Translations under genes and position numbers: made by a program
The notes under the pieces: generated by a model
Databases searched by the model: none
What the model was told of the DNA's origin: nothing
Seen by the model: only the letters and a program-made list of their open reading frames with translations
Shown: piece by piece, positions 48,368-52,081 of the stretch
How the letters are laid out: each line of letters starts with the position of its first letter
How positions within the stretch are numbered: position 1 is the stretch's first letter
NCBI GenBank assembly: GCA_039190745.1
Contig: JBCCXZ010000023.1
Location: 1-52,081, forward strand
Length of the DNA: 52,081 nt
From: Planctomycetota bacterium
GTDB taxonomy: Bacteria > Planctomycetota > Planctomycetia > Pirellulales > Lacipirellulaceae
Direction of reading: 5' to 3'

Positions 48368-48979
48368 ATGACAGTTGTTATCGGGCTCGTCGGCGGGATC
48401 GCCAGCGGGAAGTCGCTGGTCGCCGAAGAACTTGGACGGTTAGGCGCCGTGGTGCTGGACGCCGATCGAGCCGCGCACGCCGCGCTGGCTGAACCGGCAA
48501 TCGCGGGGCAGCTCGTCGCACGCTGGGGGGACGAGATCGTCGATGCAGGGGGCGTCGTGGATCGGTCAGCCATTGCCGCCCGCGTTTTTCGGCAGTCGCC
48601 CGAGGGACGCGCCGACCTGGAGTTCCTCGAGGGCTTGCTGCACCCCAAGATCCGAGCCGACTTTGTACGCAGCCTCGATGGGCATCGGCGTGAGGGCGCC
48701 GCGGCTGTGGTTATCGACGCGCCTCTGCTGCTAGAGGCGGGCTGGGGATCGCTGTGTGACGAGATCGTGTTCGTTGACTCCGCTCGGGAAGATCGGCTGC
48801 TTCGTGCCCTGGCCCGAGGCTGGACGGAGGCCGATTTCGATGGCCGCGAGGCTTCGCAATTGCCGATAACCGAAAAGAAGCAAGCAGCCACATGCGTGCT
48901 GCCCAACCGAGGCGGCACGGACGCGCTCCGGCAAGAAACGGCGCGTTTTTGGGCAGAGCGCATTGCTCCCGGGGCCTGA
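48368..48979 (+). CDS. coaE: Dephospho-CoA kinase
   Basis: IGLVGGIASGKS, LDAD, LEGLLHP, IDAPLLLE, REASQ; follows polA. Confidence 0.93.
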   Translation: MTVVIGLVGGIASGKSLVAEELGRLGAVVLDADRAAHAALAEPAIAGQLVARWGDEIVDAGGVVDRSAIAARVFRQSPEGRADLEFLEGLLHPKIRADFVRSLDGHRREGAAAVVIDAPLLLEAGWGSLCDEIVFVDSAREDRLLRALARGWTEADFDGREASQLPITEKKQAATCVLPNRGGTDALRQETARFWAERIAPGA

Positions 48980-48982
48980 TTC

Positions 48983-49004
48983 CTAGCCCTCGGGCTGGTT
49001 TTTT
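48983..49004 (+). terminator. Intrinsic terminator after coaE
   Basis: CTAGCC-ctcg-GGCTGG stem followed by T6. Confidence 0.55.
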
Positions 49005-49230
49005 GGCTTCAATTCAGCTTCCCATAGCGGGCCCGGCCTGCGATACTCAATGTGCTATCCGGCCCGGTCGGACTCCGGTTAGCACCTAGTTAGCTTCCCA
49101 CCACCCGCCAGTTCCTGGCACCCATTTAGACCATTGATGTCGTGCAGCGGGCCCTGCCTGCTGCGGACTACCCCGCCGTTGACGCCGTCCGTGTGTCGAC
49201 GCCTGCGCCTATTCTGGAGCGATTTGACAG

Positions 49231-50709
49231 ATGGCCGATACCGGCAGCCGCGGCCCACGGCAGGGCCGCCCCCCGCACTACCGACGACGGAGCCATTCCA
49301 CGGCCAACGGCGTGCAGGCGATCGACGGCGAACGCCTCGCCGAGCTCGATCGCGAAGAGCCGCTCTCGATTGCCGAGGAGCTGGACAAGGCGGCTGAGCG
49401 CGTACGGCGCGTCGGCAAGTCGATCGAGCGGACCGACAAGCCCGACTCGAATATCCACATCGCCGAGCTGCAGTCGATGAGCGTCCCCGAGCTGATCGAG
49501 GTCGCCAACGCGGAGGAGATCGAAGAGGTCACGGGCCTGCGGAAGCAGGAACTGATCTTCCGCATCCTCAAGCAGCGGGTGAAGCTCAACGGCATGATGT
49601 TCGGCGAAGGGTCGCTGGAGATCCTGCCGGACGGGTTCGGCTTCTTGCGGAGCCCCGACTACCACTACCTTTCGTGCCCGGACGACATCTACGTGTCGCC
49701 GAGCCAGATCCGCCGTTTCGGCCTGCGGACCGGCGCAACGGTCGCGGGGACCATCCGGCCGCCCAAAGAGAACGAGCGGTACTTCGCCCTGCTGCGGGTC
49801 GAGGCGATCAACGGTCAAGACCCGAACATGCTGTCGAAGAAGGTGTTCTTCGACAACCTGACGCCGATCCACCCGGACGAGCGCATCCGCATGGAGACCA
49901 CCTCTGAGGAGGTCGCGATGCGGGTGGTCGACATGATCGTGCCGATCGGCTTCGGGCAACGCGGCCTGATCGTCAGCCCGCCCCGGGCGGGCAAGACCGT
50001 GCTGCTGCAGAAGATGGCCCAGAGCGTACTGGTCAACTACCCGGACGCCCACGTCGTGATGCTGCTGATCGACGAGCGCCCGGAAGAGGTGACCGACATG
50101 GAGCGGCAGATCAAAGGCCAGAACTGCGAGGTGATCAGCTCCACTTTCGACGAACCCTCCTCCCGGCACATCCAGGTGGCGGAGATGGTAATCGAGAAGG
50201 CCAAGCGGATGGTCGAGTACGGCCGCGACGTGGTGATCTTCCTCGACTCGATCACGCGGCTGGCGCGGGCGTGGAACTCCGAGTGCCCGTCGTCCGGTAA
50301 GATCCTTTCCGGCGGCATCGACGCCAACGCGATGCAGCGGCCCAAGCGGTTCTTTGGCTCGGCCCGCCGGGTTGAGGACGGCGGTTCGCTGACGATTATC
50401 GCCACGGCGTTGATCGACACCGGCAGCCGGATGGACGAGGTGATCTTCTAGGAGTTCAAGGGCACCGGCAACCAGGAGATCGTGCTCGACCGGCGGATGG
50501 TCGACAAGCGTATCTACCCGGCGATCGACATCGGCCGCAGCGGCACGCGACGCGAAGAAATGCTGATGGACCCCGAGGAGTACAAGCGCGTGTGCATGCT
50601 CCGCCGGGTGATCAACGACATGGACTCGCCCGACGCGATGGACCTGCTGACCACGCGGCTGCGGAAGACGGGCTCGAACGCCGAGTTCCTGATGAGCATC
50701 AAGGAATAG
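49231..50709 (+). CDS. rho: Transcription termination factor Rho, interrupted by an in-frame TAG at 50449-50451
   Basis: [80 protein letters not shown]. The two ORFs in the track are one frame (492 codons). Confidence 0.93.
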
Positions 50710-50715
50710 ATGGTC

Positions 50716-50738
50716 GGTAGACGGGCGACCGTCCTACC
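50716..50738 (-). repeat. GTAG-type REP-like hairpin between rho and ribH
   Basis: Minus strand reads GGTAG-GACGG-tcgc-CCGTC-TACC. Confidence 0.45.
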
Positions 50739-50762
50739 CCACCCGCGCAGAGATTGAGTGCC

Positions 50763-51236
50763 GTGGCCCGCGAGATCCCTATCCAGCCGCGCTCGAAAAA
50801 CGACCGCTACGGGATTGTTGTGGCCCAGTGGAACCGGTCGATCACGGGCAAGCTGCTCGACGGGGCCATTGAGAAGCTCGCCGAACTGGGCGTCGCAGAC
50901 GAGGCCGTCGACGTGGCGTGGGTACCAGGCGCCTGGGAGATCCCGATCGTGGCCCAGCGGATGGCGGCGAGCGGCGAGTATGCGGCGGTGATCTGCCTGG
51001 GGGCGGTCATCCGCGGCGAGACGTCGCACGACCAGCACATTAACCGGGGCGTGAGCCTGGCGATGAACCAGATCGCGCTCGAGCAGGACTTGCCGGTGCT
51101 CTTCGGCGTGTTGACCGTCGAGACGATGGAGCAGGCGATCCACCGGGCCGGCGGGAACGTAGGAAACAAAGGCAGCGAGTGCGCTGAGGCGGCGGTCCAC
51201 ATGGTCGGGCTGCTGAAGAGCCTGCCGCTTGATTGA
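50763..51236 (+). CDS. ribH: 6,7-dimethyl-8-ribityllumazine synthase
   Basis: IVVAQWN, VPGAWEIP, CLGAVIRGETSH, PVLFGVLT, NKGSECA. Start GTG 50763 or TTG 50754. Confidence 0.95.
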   Translation: MAREIPIQPRSKNDRYGIVVAQWNRSITGKLLDGAIEKLAELGVADEAVDVAWVPGAWEIPIVAQRMAASGEYAAVICLGAVIRGETSHDQHINRGVSLAMNQIALEQDLPVLFGVLTVETMEQAIHRAGGNVGNKGSECAEAAVHMVGLLKSLPLD

Positions 51237-51295
51237 CCGCGGTCGACAGAAGTTGCACCTCCCCCCACTGACAACGCAAGAACGGTAAGCCCGTT

Positions 51296-51739
51296 ATGGC
51301 ACGCCGCAGCCGAGCACGCGAAGTGGCCCTCCAGGCGTTGTTCCAAGAGGACGTGAACCCGCACGCGAGCGTGCGGGCCTTGAACGACTTCCTCTCGGGC
51401 CGGATCGCCGACACCGAGCTGCAGGAGTTCGCCCGCTCGCTGGTGCTCGGTGTGAAGCGGAACCAGGAGGAGCTGGATCAGCTGCTGGAGTCGGTGGCCC
51501 AGAACTGGGCGCTCTCCCGGATGGCGAACACCGACCGGAACATCCTGCGGATCGGCGCCTTCGAGGTGCGGTACTCCGAGACGCCCCCCAAGGTCGCGAT
51601 CAATGAAGCGGTGGAGCTGGCGAAGCGGTTCGGCGCAGCGCAGTCTTCGCAGTTCGTCAACGGGATCCTCGATAAGCTCGCCCAGCAACAGGACGCCCCC
51701 CGCCAGGAAGCCCCGTACCAGGAAGGAGAGGACGAGTAA
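51296..51739 (+). CDS. nusB: Transcription antitermination factor NusB
   Basis: RRSRAREVALQALF, NWALSRM..TDRNILR, VAINEAVELAKRF, FVNGILD. Confidence 0.95.
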   Translation: MARRSRAREVALQALFQEDVNPHASVRALNDFLSGRIADTELQEFARSLVLGVKRNQEELDQLLESVAQNWALSRMANTDRNILRIGAFEVRYSETPPKVAINEAVELAKRFGAAQSSQFVNGILDKLAQQQDAPRQEAPYQEGEDE

Positions 51740-51787
51740 CCTGACGCGGCTGAGGCCGTTTTGTCGTGAGGTGCACTCCGGATATCG

Positions 51788-52081
51788 ATGGGATTATTCG
51801 ACAAGTTCAAGAAGGGTCTGAACAAGACCGCCAACCTGCTCAAGACCGACATCCGCGACCTCTTCAAGAGCGAGGGGCGGCTGATCGACGAGGACTTCTT
51901 GGAGGAAATCCGCGGCATCCTGTTCCGCACCGACATGGGGTACGACTCGACTGAGGCGCTCGTTGAGGAGATCGGCGCCAAGCTCCGTGGCCGCGTGGTG
52001 CAGCTCGAGGAGGTCGTCGAGGTCCTCAAGGCGAACTCGATCGGCGCGGCCGGCTGGTGCATCAGCTCTTTGAGCTTCGCC
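51788..52081 (+). CDS. ftsY: Signal recognition particle receptor FtsY (5' part, runs off the window)
   Basis: Not in the ORF track. MGLFDKFKKGLNKT...LIDEDFLEEIRGILFRTDMG is an FtsY N-domain signature; follows nusB. Confidence 0.85.
   Translation, partial: MGLFDKFKKGLNKTANLLKTDIRDLFKSEGRLIDEDFLEEIRGILFRTDMGYDSTEALVEEIGAKLRGRVVQLEEVVEVLKANSIGAAGWCISSLSFA

Noticed and set aside
50449..50451. Genome-wide TAG reassignment as an explanation for the rho stop
   Set aside because: TAG ends gatC, gatB, polA, dnaA and rho itself at the expected positions.
50482..50709. Separate 75-aa gene after rho
   Set aside because: It is the in-frame C-terminus of Rho.

Overview
A GC-rich bacterial contig with a Planctomycetota (Pirellulales/Lacipirellulaceae-like) gene repertoire; the taxon is inferred from a DUF1559 prepilin-like gene, a dockerin-like/PEP-tailed exported protein, a short SecA paralog and the polA-coaE-rho-ribH-nusB-ftsY order. 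The right two-thirds is mostly housekeeping: dnaA, an ebo-like cluster, a ResB-CcsA fusion, hisN, gatCAB, bioA, polA, coaE, rho, ribH, nusB and partial ftsY. The left part (3.2-14.1 kb) looks accessory. The strongest signal is a 3.47-kb integrase-free islet at the 3' end of dnaA. The last 29 codons plus stop of dnaA occur twice (14114-14203 and 10649-10738, 80/90 nt identical) and bracket a single 1050-aa NACHT (NLR-like) gene with an unrecognised, AT-richer C-terminal domain, a candidate anti-phage cassette. Other observations: a candidate structured dnaA leader RNA, an in-frame TAG in rho, an in-frame TGA near the start of a GNAT gene, two copies of a 75-bp REP doublet, an orphan CapV-like patatin, and probable assembly artifacts at both ends (142-bp perfect palindrome; 52-bp inversion in ftsY). 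I saw no tRNA, rRNA, CRISPR array, integrase or transposase. All family assignments come from motif recognition by eye, not database searches.
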